Assembly: GCA_903915625.1 (NCBI GenBank)
Contig: CAIWTN010000088.1
Span: 17,938-81,937, forward strand
DNA: 64,000 nucleotides
Direction: 5' to 3'
Origin: an uncultured Pseudomonadota bacterium
GTDB taxonomy: Bacteria > Bdellovibrionota_B > Oligoflexia > Oligoflexales > CAIYRB01
This document shows, piece by piece, positions 38,458-46,858 of the stretch. The position numbers were made by a program, and so were the translations under genes. Below the pieces are notes generated by a model that searched no databases, was not told where the DNA came from, and was given only the letters and a program-made list of their open reading frames with translations. Each line of letters opens with the position of its first letter. Within the stretch, counting starts at the first letter, position 1.

Positions 38458-38533
38458 TATAGCTCGCCCAACTTATTTCATGTATTTTAGGCACCACCTA
38501 TTTAAGCCGCATTGCAAAAAATTGAGGCACGGA

Positions 38534-39181
38534 ATGAAGTTATATTGGATCGCAGCCCTGCTTTTGCTGCAGGGATGCTCGCAGATTTACTATTCGACTT
38601 GGGAAATGCTAGGCAAACAGAAGCGCGACCTATTGCGCGATAATGTCGAAGATCTTTCCACCGATCAAAAAGAAGTACAGGAAGAAGTGCAGGATGCACT
38701 GACTCGCTTACGGACGCTCTACGGCAGCCCCTCGGAAAAGCTGACACAGGTCTACGACGACTTAAAAAGTGATTACGACAGCGCCAAAAGCAAGGCAGCT
38801 GCGTTGCATGCTCGCATTGAAAAAGTCGACGACATCGCCAACGACTTATTCAGTGAGTGGGATGCTGAGATAGGCAGGCTGAAAACACCAAAATACAAAC
38901 AGGATAGTCGGCACAAACTGCAACAAACCAAGCAAAAATATGCCAAGCTAGAGGCCTCTGTACGCAAAGCTGAGAAAGGCCTAACTCCAGTTCTTGCAGC
39001 ACTAGAGGAACAAGTCATTTACCTAAAGCACAACCTCAATGCGCAGGCACTAGGTGGAATTAAAGCAGAGCTACACTCAGTCGAGTCTGAAATAAAAACA
39101 CTAAGCTCCGCACTGCAAAGCTCCATCCAAGAGTCGCAGTCATTCGTGAGCACCCTAAATACAGACGGACCCTCTACCTAG
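38534..39181 (+). CDS. DUF2959-family lipoprotein
   Basis: Lipobox LLLQGCS. The N-terminal block YYSTWEMLGKQKRDLLRDNVE... and the coiled-coil body are typical of DUF2959. I chose ATG 38534. Confidence 0.7.
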   Translation: MKLYWIAALLLLQGCSQIYYSTWEMLGKQKRDLLRDNVEDLSTDQKEVQEEVQDALTRLRTLYGSPSEKLTQVYDDLKSDYDSAKSKAAALHARIEKVDDIANDLFSEWDAEIGRLKTPKYKQDSRHKLQQTKQKYAKLEASVRKAEKGLTPVLAALEEQVIYLKHNLNAQALGGIKAELHSVESEIKTLSSALQSSIQESQSFVSTLNTDGPST

Positions 39182-39196
39182 CGCTATAGGCCTGAA

Positions 39197-39868
39197 TTAA
39201 ACTAATGAGCGCTGGAGAGCTACCACTTCGCCGATCAACTCAAAAGGCTCATCAGAGGCGTAGATATTATTAAAGCGTGGATTCTCGGGCTTAAGGTACC
39301 AGCCCTCATGTTCCTCAAACATTAGTCTTTTAACCGTAACGTCTCCGTCTAATCGCGCGACAACAATGCTGCCCTTCTTGGGATCATTATTTAGCCGCAC
39401 CACCAAGAAGTCGCCGTCGAGAATACCTGCGCCCATCATGCTGTCACCGGTCGCTTGCAGTGCGAATAAGTTTTTCGACTTCAGCGACTGGGTAGAGGAC
39501 GCAGCAACTAAAGATAAAGACACGCGAAGATTACCAATGCGCTCCTCTATCGCCAATGCTGGATTGCCAGCCGGTACTTTCCCCAAAAGAGGAACGCTTA
39601 GCGCGTCATCGTCTAGCTGCACTACCTCATCGCCACCAGGCTGCTGACGCGCCAAAGGTGTCAAAATAAGAGCACGCGCCGATTGCCTTGAATTTTCGGT
39701 TAAAAACCCCTTGCGGCGCAAAGCCGTGACTAAATCTTGCGCTGACCCAATAGCTTTGTAGCCCATATGCGCACAAATCTCGCGCAAAGTGGGAGCAACC
39801 CCGGTCTTGGCGCTCGAGGTGCGGATATATTCTAAGGCTTTTGCTTGGGTCGTGGTTAGCTTAGTCAT
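39197..39868 (-). CDS. lexA: LexA repressor
   Basis: N-terminal wHTH (LREICAHMGYKAIGSAQDLV). Cleavage region LLGKVPAGNPA. S24 catalytic motifs GDSM and VKRL. ATG 39868. Confidence 0.92.
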   Translation of the reverse strand: MTKLTTTQAKALEYIRTSSAKTGVAPTLREICAHMGYKAIGSAQDLVTALRRKGFLTENSRQSARALILTPLARQQPGGDEVVQLDDDALSVPLLGKVPAGNPALAIEERIGNLRVSLSLVAASSTQSLKSKNLFALQATGDSMMGAGILDGDFLVVRLNNDPKKGSIVVARLDGDVTVKRLMFEEHEGWYLKPENPRFNNIYASDEPFELIGEVVALQRSLV

Positions 39869-39910
39869 GGTCCCTACCAACCTCTAAATTAACCTTCAAG
39901 GCCGTAATTT

Positions 39911-41221
39911 TCAAGGAAGCGTTGGCGCTGCCTCCGACTTGGTATAACCGAGAGCAAGCAATCTCTCAAGTAAAGGCGGATGCGAATGATAGACCGCTGA
40001 GAATAGCGGGTGGCTCACCGGCATACCGGCGCTGGTCTCCCGTAGCTTTAACAATGCTGTTCCAAGCTCCTGTGAATTACCGATTTGCTCAGTCGCAAAG
40101 CGGTCGGCGGCAAATTCGTTATGCCGAGACAGTGCATTGCTGAGTGGCTGAAGGGCGAAATCAAGCAGCCCAAACCAAAGTGAAAAGACAACGAGCGCAC
40201 CGTAGTTGGAGACCCCCCCGAAGCCAAAGGCGCGGTAAAACTCACTTAGCGGCAAGCACAGGCTAAGCACGTAAAACACCACACCTGTCATAAGCACGCC
40301 ACGGATCAATCCCCAACGCACATGGTGCAGCTTGAAATGCCCGAGCTCATGCGCCAGCACAGCGACCACTTGCGAAGCTGACATTGCGTTAACCAAGGTA
40401 TCGAATAAGACGATGCGCTTCTTGCCCAACACACCTGTAAAATAGGCATTACCGTGGCTCGACCGCTTGGAAGCGTCCATGATTGAGATACCCGCCGTGC
40501 GGAAGCCAATCTTCGTCGCAAGAGCCTCGATCCCATGCCGCAGCGCCTCATCTGTGACCGGAGAAAACTTATTAAATAACGGCGCGAGAAAAGTAGGATA
40601 CAGCCATGCTGTTAGGATGCTGAAACCACTCATCGCAGCCCAAGCATAAACCCACCAATATTGGCCTGCCACCTGCATAAGCCAAAGTATTAGCGATAAG
40701 AGTGGCGCGCCCAAGACTAGGGCGATGCCAAGTCCCTTTACCCGATCAAGCCAAAAACCCTTTGGAGTCTGGCGGTTAAAGCCGTGCTTTTGCTCCAATA
40801 CAAAAGTTCGGTAGTAGTCAAACGGCAGTCCAAAAAGGCTACTCACCATCCCGAGCAATGCGAAAAAACACAGCCCTGTAATCAACTCACCACCGTTCAA
40901 GGAGATACTGAGACTCTGCGCGTTGCGCTCGAGCCAACCAAAACCGCCACCGCTGAGAAAGAGCAGAGTTCCCGCAAGGGATATTGTTCCTGCTATGCGC
41001 GCAAAAAAGTACTTATCGTTACTATAGGCAAGGGTGCGCTGCATCTCATCAGAGCCGATGCCAAGTAGATCAGTCGCAGCTTGCTGCCTTGACGTGTCGC
41101 TATAATAGCGACGATTTAGCGTCGCTAAGGTGCGCTCTATGGCTAACTGAGCCAATCGTAAACTAATAAAAATCCATAAGATCATCTTTGTATCGAACTG
41201 AGGATTTATTACTGCTTCCAC
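39911..41221 (-). CDS. Ste24-type M48 zinc metalloprotease (integral membrane)
   Basis: Multiple TM helices, an intact HELGH zinc motif and a downstream NEFAAD (Glu ligand). The start is either GTG 41221 or ATG 41185. Confidence 0.88.
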   Translation of the reverse strand: MEAVINPQFDTKMILWIFISLRLAQLAIERTLATLNRRYYSDTSRQQAATDLLGIGSDEMQRTLAYSNDKYFFARIAGTISLAGTLLFLSGGGFGWLERNAQSLSISLNGGELITGLCFFALLGMVSSLFGLPFDYYRTFVLEQKHGFNRQTPKGFWLDRVKGLGIALVLGAPLLSLILWLMQVAGQYWWVYAWAAMSGFSILTAWLYPTFLAPLFNKFSPVTDEALRHGIEALATKIGFRTAGISIMDASKRSSHGNAYFTGVLGKKRIVLFDTLVNAMSASQVVAVLAHELGHFKLHHVRWGLIRGVLMTGVVFYVLSLCLPLSEFYRAFGFGGVSNYGALVVFSLWFGLLDFALQPLSNALSRHNEFAADRFATEQIGNSQELGTALLKLRETSAGMPVSHPLFSAVYHSHPPLLERLLALGYTKSEAAPTLP

Positions 41222-41319
41222 AGCCTCGGCCTCCTGGCAAATGGCTAATTTGGTGAGACATTAACACGTTGTCTCATCAGGGTCCTATCAGATATGGTTC
41301 GAGCTATTGGCTTAGATGC

Positions 41320-41350
41320 GAAGGTTCGACTCCATCTGCCTGCGCGACCA
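41320..41350 (+). other. tRNA 3'-end-like fragment (T-arm-like GAAGG-TTCGACT-CCATC ... ACCA)
   Basis: Read directly. I could not fold any complete cloverleaf around it. Confidence 0.25.
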
Positions 41351-41392
41351 ATCTCAGAGTAAGTAAATAGTCATAAAAGTAAAATTTCAACT

Positions 41393-42331
41393 ATGACCAC
41401 TATCTTTTCCCATCAGCATTTTTTGGACCATGTGACCGGCACTCATCCGGAATCACCGCAGAGATTAACCAGCATCCACGACACCCTCAACTCTGCAGGC
41501 TGGTTAAAATCCTGTCGACAAGGTGAAGTCGCTAAAGTGACTCTGGACGAACTAGCTGTCGTCCACACAGCCAAACAAATAACTGACGCTCGTGATTTGG
41601 CAGCTGCTGGTGGAGGCTTTCTTGACCCAGATACAGCCTTAAGCCCCGCATCATATGATGTCGCTTTGACTGCGGCCGGAACAGCTATTGCAGCCGTTGA
41701 CACCGTAATGAGTGGCGCTGACGCTAATGCACTCTGCCTAATTCGCCCGCCTGGCCATCATGCCACTGCGGACCGCAGCATGGGCTTTTGCGTCTTCAAT
41801 AATGTCGCAGTCGCTGCACGGCATGCCCAAAAAAAACATGGCGCAAACCGAATCCTAATCGTGGACTGGGATGTTCATCACGGCAACGGGACTCAAGATA
41901 TCTTCTATGAAGATCCTTCGGTATTTTTCTACAGTATTCATCGCTTTCCATTTTATCCGGGAACTGGCGACGAAGGTGAGCAGGGCTCCGGCAAAGGACG
42001 CGGCACGACCTTGAACGTCCCGGTGCAATTTGGAGTAAAACGCGATCAATACCTTGATTTGTTCCAATCGGGACTAGAGCGCGCAGTTACGGCGGCGCGA
42101 CCAGACCTAATTTTAATCAGTGCAGGCTTTGATGCGCACGTTGATGATCCAGTCGGCAACCTCGGTTTAAACTCGATCGACTTTGCAACGATGACAAAAT
42201 CAGTCAAAGACGTTGCTAACACTTACTGCAACGGTCGCATCGTAAGTTGCCTTGAAGGTGGCTACCATCTGAAAGCTCTGGCCGACTCAGTCGCAGCTCA
42301 CATTGGAGTCTTGGCGGAACCACGCCCATAA
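41393..42331 (+). CDS. Histone deacetylase-family (class II HDAC / acetylpolyamine amidohydrolase-like) protein
   Basis: RPPGHHA, DWDVHHGNGTQ, SAGFDAH and EGGY motifs. Confidence 0.9.
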   Translation: MTTIFSHQHFLDHVTGTHPESPQRLTSIHDTLNSAGWLKSCRQGEVAKVTLDELAVVHTAKQITDARDLAAAGGGFLDPDTALSPASYDVALTAAGTAIAAVDTVMSGADANALCLIRPPGHHATADRSMGFCVFNNVAVAARHAQKKHGANRILIVDWDVHHGNGTQDIFYEDPSVFFYSIHRFPFYPGTGDEGEQGSGKGRGTTLNVPVQFGVKRDQYLDLFQSGLERAVTAARPDLILISAGFDAHVDDPVGNLGLNSIDFATMTKSVKDVANTYCNGRIVSCLEGGYHLKALADSVAAHIGVLAEPRP

Positions 42332-42369
42332 ACCTAGCAACAAAACTCCACAAGAAAGCTGCGCCACTA

Positions 42370-42960
42370 TCAGGTGATACGCGCAGCCACTCTATTTAAC
42401 TTCTCGACTAGCTCACTCAGACGATCATTGTCACGGATCTTGATCGGATTTGGATGCTTACCCTCAGAAAGCTCATCTAAAAAGCGATAAACCGCTATCA
42501 TGGTTCCTGCGCGCTGATCTGCGGCAAGACGCTCAGCGACACTATTTAGCTTGTTCGCCAAGTCCTGCAGCTGGTCTGATTCTCTCAGCTGGATACGCTG
42601 CGGCACGGTACCGGCCAAAACCTCATCAAGGTAGCGGTGAATCGACACCAAAGGTCCGTAAATTTCGTGGGTGTACCTAACTGAAACTAAAATCGTAGTG
42701 AGAACAAATAAAACGATCAAACTAGCGCAGGCTATGATCGGCACAGAAAACTTCTGCATAGTCACCAGGTTTTCACCCTCAGACAACTTAAAGTATACCG
42801 ACACTGCCTCGTACATATCCCAAGCGTAGTAGCCAAACACTCCAAGGATCAAAAACGCAAACAGGAAGTTGACGAGTACAATGACCAGGCCAAGCCGAAC
42901 CTGTTTATATGGCTCCACAAACCACGAGGCAAATCCCCGCCGCCGTCCCTTGTTGCCCAT
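42370..42960 (-). CDS. Two-TM membrane protein with two tandem HAMP-like modules
   Basis: TM1/TM2, then THEIYGPLVSIHRYLDEV...LRESDQLQDLANKLNSVAERL repeated as MIAVYRFLDEL...IRDNDRLSELVEKLNRVAARI. No output domain. Confidence 0.65.
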   Translation of the reverse strand: MGNKGRRRGFASWFVEPYKQVRLGLVIVLVNFLFAFLILGVFGYYAWDMYEAVSVYFKLSEGENLVTMQKFSVPIIACASLIVLFVLTTILVSVRYTHEIYGPLVSIHRYLDEVLAGTVPQRIQLRESDQLQDLANKLNSVAERLAADQRAGTMIAVYRFLDELSEGKHPNPIKIRDNDRLSELVEKLNRVAARIT

Positions 42961-43018
42961 ACGCGTCTCGCTCCCAGCTACTATCCAAAGAATAAAGGGT
43001 ATATAGGGAGCTATATTA

Positions 43019-43744
43019 TCACAGTTGGTCGCGATGTAACGACAGTGCCGCAGCCGCCGCTACTGCCGCCGTGACCGCACGCAAAATCCACTGGGTAAGA
43101 CTGGCTGGGACAAATCCAGCAGCAATCAAGGCCAGCTCCTCACTCGGATCAAACCCTTTTTCACCGCCAATGACAGCCAGGATTCTTCCAGAGCTGATCC
43201 TTGTTATTGTACTAGTCAGGGGTGCATCGGTACCAGCTCGCAGGAAAACACGAACCCCCTCATCGCCAGTAGTCGCCCTCACAAGATCGGCTACCGAGTC
43301 ATGTTCAAGCACCTGCGGCAACCAGGCCCGCTTACATTGCTTGACCGACTGCGCCACAATACGCTGCCAGCGGTCATGCACCTTCTGCCCTAATCTGGCC
43401 TTAGAAACACCCACTTGGCCAAACACATGGACTCTATCAACCCCCAACTCACAGAGCATGGGCAATATCTCATCGACAAAGCCCGGTTTTAACGCGCCAA
43501 CGGCAATTTCAACAAGCACCCTAGGCTGATCCTGACGCTGCACCTGAGCAGCCGAGATGACCACCTCTTTTGCAGAGGCTGACAGGACTTGACCGCTGCC
43601 CCAGTTGCCGCGACCGTCGGTCACCTCAACATTAGTACCGACCTCTAAGCGCAAGACTTTAGCAAAATGGTGCGCCTCTTCACCCGCCAAACACCAAGTC
43701 TGATCTGGGCGCAACTCTCCTAGAAAGCGAAAAGTATGGGACAT
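43019..43744 (-). CDS. rsmE: 16S rRNA (uracil1498-N3)-methyltransferase
   Basis: The N-terminal PUA-like block (AHHFAKVLRLEVGTNVEVTDGRG) and the C-terminal SPOUT block (ILAVIGGEKGF) are typical of RsmE. It lies next to prmA, as in many genomes. Confidence 0.88.
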   Translation of the reverse strand: MSHTFRFLGELRPDQTWCLAGEEAHHFAKVLRLEVGTNVEVTDGRGNWGSGQVLSASAKEVVISAAQVQRQDQPRVLVEIAVGALKPGFVDEILPMLCELGVDRVHVFGQVGVSKARLGQKVHDRWQRIVAQSVKQCKRAWLPQVLEHDSVADLVRATTGDEGVRVFLRAGTDAPLTSTITRISSGRILAVIGGEKGFDPSEELALIAAGFVPASLTQWILRAVTAAVAAAAALSLHRDQL

Positions 43745-43756
43745 CGCTCTTTAACC

Positions 43757-44713
43757 TCAAACTGGCTTGGCCAAAAGCAGACAGCCCCAACCCGTGAGAT
43801 CCGTCTGCCTGACCGCTGTAAGACCTGCCCGTATGCCAGCCGCTTTGACCTCCTCGGCCTCTTCGGTCAAGAGGCCGCTAAGAACTATCCGGCCTCCGGG
43901 ACTCATCACCGCAGCCAAATCAGGCATCAGACGGATGAGCACAACCGCTAAAATATTGGCGAGCACTAAGTCGAAAGTCTTACCTTGGGGCAAGCTGCCC
44001 AGCACAAATTTGGTATCGACGCCATTAGCTCGAGCGTTGGTGTTTGCCGCTAGGATAGCATCGTCCTCAATATCAGTGCCTAGACAGTCGCCGTAACCTA
44101 GCTTCTTCGCGCCGATGAGAAGAATACCCGTGCCGGTGCCGACATCCAAGACCGAACGATTCGCCACATTGCGCCGCTGCTCGAGAAAATCAGCGCCGAC
44201 CTGATCCAGACAAAGCCTAGTAGTAGCATGCTGACCTGTGCCAAATGCCATGCCAGGCTCGATTACCAAATCAATCAGACCACTCGTTGGCGCTGGAGTC
44301 TGCTCCCAAGGTGGGCAGACATAAAAGACATCGGTTGCAAAAGGCTTAAAGCTCTCCTTCCACCCTTCCATCCAAACTTCCGTTTCCATCGTCAAGATCT
44401 CAGTCGAAACTTGGCCGCTAAATGCATGTTCAAGTTTAACGCGCAGGTCATCTAACGACTCACGACTGTAGCGATAGATCGATAGCGGCGTTTGGTCGCC
44501 ACCAAGCTCCGTGTAGTAATCTCTAGGTGGCTCGTCTTGATTCTGGTTGATATCGACCGTCAATTCACCCTCAACAAAGGATTCGACGCCATTGAGCAGC
44601 AGCCAATCGATCATCCGTTCCTTGCACTTAATGGCGGCGGCTGCCTCCCCGTCAAAGGTGACGCGGAGTTCATAGGTATGTTGTGGATGCATAAGCGGTA
44701 ATCCTTGCGTCAT
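43757..44713 (-). CDS. prmA: Ribosomal protein L11 methyltransferase
   Basis: IEPGMAFGTGQHATT and the SAM motif VLDVGTGTGIL. The start is likely ATG 44713 or 44692; the track extension is implausible. Confidence 0.88.
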   Translation of the reverse strand: MTQGLPLMHPQHTYELRVTFDGEAAAAIKCKERMIDWLLLNGVESFVEGELTVDINQNQDEPPRDYYTELGGDQTPLSIYRYSRESLDDLRVKLEHAFSGQVSTEILTMETEVWMEGWKESFKPFATDVFYVCPPWEQTPAPTSGLIDLVIEPGMAFGTGQHATTRLCLDQVGADFLEQRRNVANRSVLDVGTGTGILLIGAKKLGYGDCLGTDIEDDAILAANTNARANGVDTKFVLGSLPQGKTFDLVLANILAVVLIRLMPDLAAVMSPGGRIVLSGLLTEEAEEVKAAGIRAGLTAVRQTDLTGWGCLLLAKPV

Positions 44714-44850
44714 GAGGGAGGAGCATTCGGCGTCGTGCTCGGGCCGCCGGGTTTTCCCAGTTTTTCGTGGAAGTTGCAAGAGCTGCCATAATAGACGTGG
44801 CTTCTGGCCTTGGGGCAGGCACCAGAAAATCCGGGCATTAGGATATATTA

Positions 44851-45360
44851 TCAACGATTACTTATTGTTACGTTGAAGTGGCCACGCCAAGGAATGCCGC
44901 CTAAAGCAACCTCCGCCGGCGATGCGTCGATACTGACGATGACAGGACCGTAGCGATGGCAAACATACTTATAAATTTCAGTCACCAAGATGCCGCCGCC
45001 TGGCCCACTGTGCAGCCCCTTTCCTGTCACGATCTTGAGAGTAACAGGCCCGCCGTTGGTATGGGATGCCAGGCTAATTTCGCGGTCTAGATGACTTATG
45101 GCTTCGGTGACAGTCATGCCATGCAAGTCAATGAGCTTGCTACGGTCCTTCTTAGCTGGTCTAGACTTATTCAGCTGCGTCTTTTCGCTTTCACGCGGTT
45201 CTTTAGGGCGCTTTGGCAAGAATTCGCCGTTCTCTATGTGAGCACGAAAAATTTCATCGGCTTCATTAAAATCTTCGAATTGAATCGACGGCAGCTTACG
45301 AACGCTGGACTGCTGGCGCCGCTCACCCTCCTTTTTACCGTGGAATTTTTTTTTACTCAC
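44851..45360 (-). CDS. Smr (MutS2-related small nuclease) domain protein
   Basis: The LIDLHGMTVTEA...LKIVTGKGLHS Smr signature with a basic N-terminal region. GTG start. Confidence 0.8.
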   Translation of the reverse strand: MSKKKFHGKKEGERRQQSSVRKLPSIQFEDFNEADEIFRAHIENGEFLPKRPKEPRESEKTQLNKSRPAKKDRSKLIDLHGMTVTEAISHLDREISLASHTNGGPVTLKIVTGKGLHSGPGGGILVTEIYKYVCHRYGPVIVSIDASPAEVALGGIPWRGHFNVTISNR

Positions 45361-45545
45361 AAACGCAAGCTCCTGAATTCAATCCGAATGCCAGTCGCTA
45401 CCAAAACATGCGCCATAGATCGAAAGCATGGACTCATCTATTGAAGCAGTCAACCGAAGGTCCACCTATTTACAGGGTCTAAGGTTTCCTATGTAATACG
45501 GCCATTAAAAGCTCGTCATCCGACGAGCAGGGAGCAGGAATCCAC

Positions 45546-46031
45546 ATGGCGAGACTAGAATATCGCGGCGAGACGATCTCTGATGTCCACACAATTAAGA
45601 CGCTACTTGATGCAAACGCAATACCCTACGAACGCTGGGCCCTTCGCGAGCAAGTCACGACAGATGAGGAAGTTCTGCAGCTTTATCGGCCGGATATCGA
45701 GCGACTGCAACGCGAGCGAGGATACCAATCCGCAGATCTAGTGGCACTCAAGCCCACCACGCCCAATCTAGACGGGATACTCGCCAAGTTCACTAAAGAG
45801 CATCACCATACCGATGATGAGGTTCGCTTTACTGTTGCGGGTGAGGGCGTATTTGAAATCGCCACTTTTCACGATGATTTCCTGAAATTCACTGCCGAGC
45901 CAGGAGATCTCATCGTGATCCCTGCATATCGCCGTCATTCTTTTTATCTGACAGCTGCCAGAGCAATCAGATGTATCCGGCTTTTCGAGACCTCAGCGGG
46001 CTGGGAAGCGATTTATGAAAAAAATTTTTAG
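45546..46031 (+). CDS. mtnD: Acireductone dioxygenase (methionine salvage, cupin)
   Basis: Aligns by eye to Klebsiella ARD: GYQSADLVAL, EHHHTDDEVRFTVAGEGVF, IRLFETSAGW. Confidence 0.88.
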   Translation: MARLEYRGETISDVHTIKTLLDANAIPYERWALREQVTTDEEVLQLYRPDIERLQRERGYQSADLVALKPTTPNLDGILAKFTKEHHHTDDEVRFTVAGEGVFEIATFHDDFLKFTAEPGDLIVIPAYRRHSFYLTAARAIRCIRLFETSAGWEAIYEKNF

Positions 46032-46162
46032 CGGGCGTTGACAAATCAAAACCGGAAGTCCAGACTGACTGACTCAGCCTTTGACACGTACCGTTTTAGG
46101 GTCCGTTTCATGGGGATTAGCGATATATGGTTAGGACATGGATCTGGCTCCGCCGCTCCCAT

Positions 46163-46204
46163 CTATCCACTGCTTATCCTCATGTTATCAACATATTATC
46201 CACA
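46163..46204 (+). promoter_or_regulatory. Array of four direct DnaA-box 9-mers with 2-bp gaps
   Basis: CTATCCACT (46163), TTATCCTCA (46174), TTATCAACA (46185) and TTATCCACA (46196), against the consensus TTATCCACA. Confidence 0.6.
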
Positions 46205-46252
46205 TGCCTAAACCACTGGTAACCAGCCAGATTTATTGAGCAAATTAGAGCC

Positions 46253-46858
46253 ATGTCCACCTCACATGACCATATCGATCAGTTAACCACTTTAGGCCGA
46301 GCCAAAGGCTTCCTTGGACGCGAATTTCTCACGTGGATCTGGTACATCGCAGAGACCTCGCGCGAGCGTCTTAAGCTGCCAGTCGACAGTCGGGATCTAG
46401 AGGTCGATTTGTGGGTCGATGACCGCCTGGTGCTGGAAGGCACCGCAGCGATGAGTCATCAAAATGTGATGAAAGGTGGCGATCCCAGCCACAGCAGGGA
46501 AGCGGCAGCGTCTTTATCTACGGGCAAGACGGTGCGGGAACTAAAGTTGGGACTCAGAGTGAAAGATGGCGGCGAATACTCGGCCATTCTTGGGTGTGAT
46601 GATCTGAACCCCAGATCGCTTAAGTTGCCTTCGCCGGAGCCCCAAGAGGGCCAGGATGGCGAAAAGAAATCAGCTGCAAGCCTCCCACTGGCGGAACGTC
46701 TGCAAGCTACTGCGACTTTCGCTGGAATTCTTGATGCATTATTCGCCCGCTTTCTTGATACGAGGGTGGCTCCCGAATGGGAAAAAACCGTACTCAGCGA
46801 TATGCGGGAATGGATAAAGCAGCGGCAGAACAAACAGGATTCTGGTACGCTTCACTAA
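46253..46858 (+). CDS. Hypothetical protein (201 aa)
   Basis: ORF with TAATG coupling to the following yihY-like gene. No confident family assignment. Confidence 0.6.
   Translation: MSTSHDHIDQLTTLGRAKGFLGREFLTWIWYIAETSRERLKLPVDSRDLEVDLWVDDRLVLEGTAAMSHQNVMKGGDPSHSREAAASLSTGKTVRELKLGLRVKDGGEYSAILGCDDLNPRSLKLPSPEPQEGQDGEKKSAASLPLAERLQATATFAGILDALFARFLDTRVAPEWEKTVLSDMREWIKQRQNKQDSGTLH

Noticed and set aside
39869-39910. An SOS box upstream of lexA (AATTAC-N11-GTTAATT; CCTTGAAGG).
   Set aside because: The arms are only 5 bp. The spacing does not match any LexA-box class I know (CTGT-N8-ACAG, GAAC-N4-GTTC, TTAC-N3-GTAA, GGTT-N10-ACC types). It is too weak to call.
41222-41392. An intact tRNA or tmRNA gene.
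   Set aside because: No complementary 5' acceptor strand, D-arm or anticodon arm could be folded. The region is far too short for tmRNA. I kept it only as a tRNA-like fragment.
45361-45545. A SAM-type riboswitch in the mtnD leader, prompted by TTAAAAGCT near 45505.
   Set aside because: I could not reconstruct the pseudoknot or helices of any SAM riboswitch class from the sequence. Only a simple hairpin is evident.
46032-46252. Calling the DnaA-box array the chromosomal origin (oriC).
   Set aside because: There are no adjacent dnaA/dnaN/gidA-type genes and no obvious AT-rich unwinding element. I found no convincing DnaA-trio register next to the GC block, and only four boxes on one strand. 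I kept it as a regulatory or titration-site hypothesis instead.
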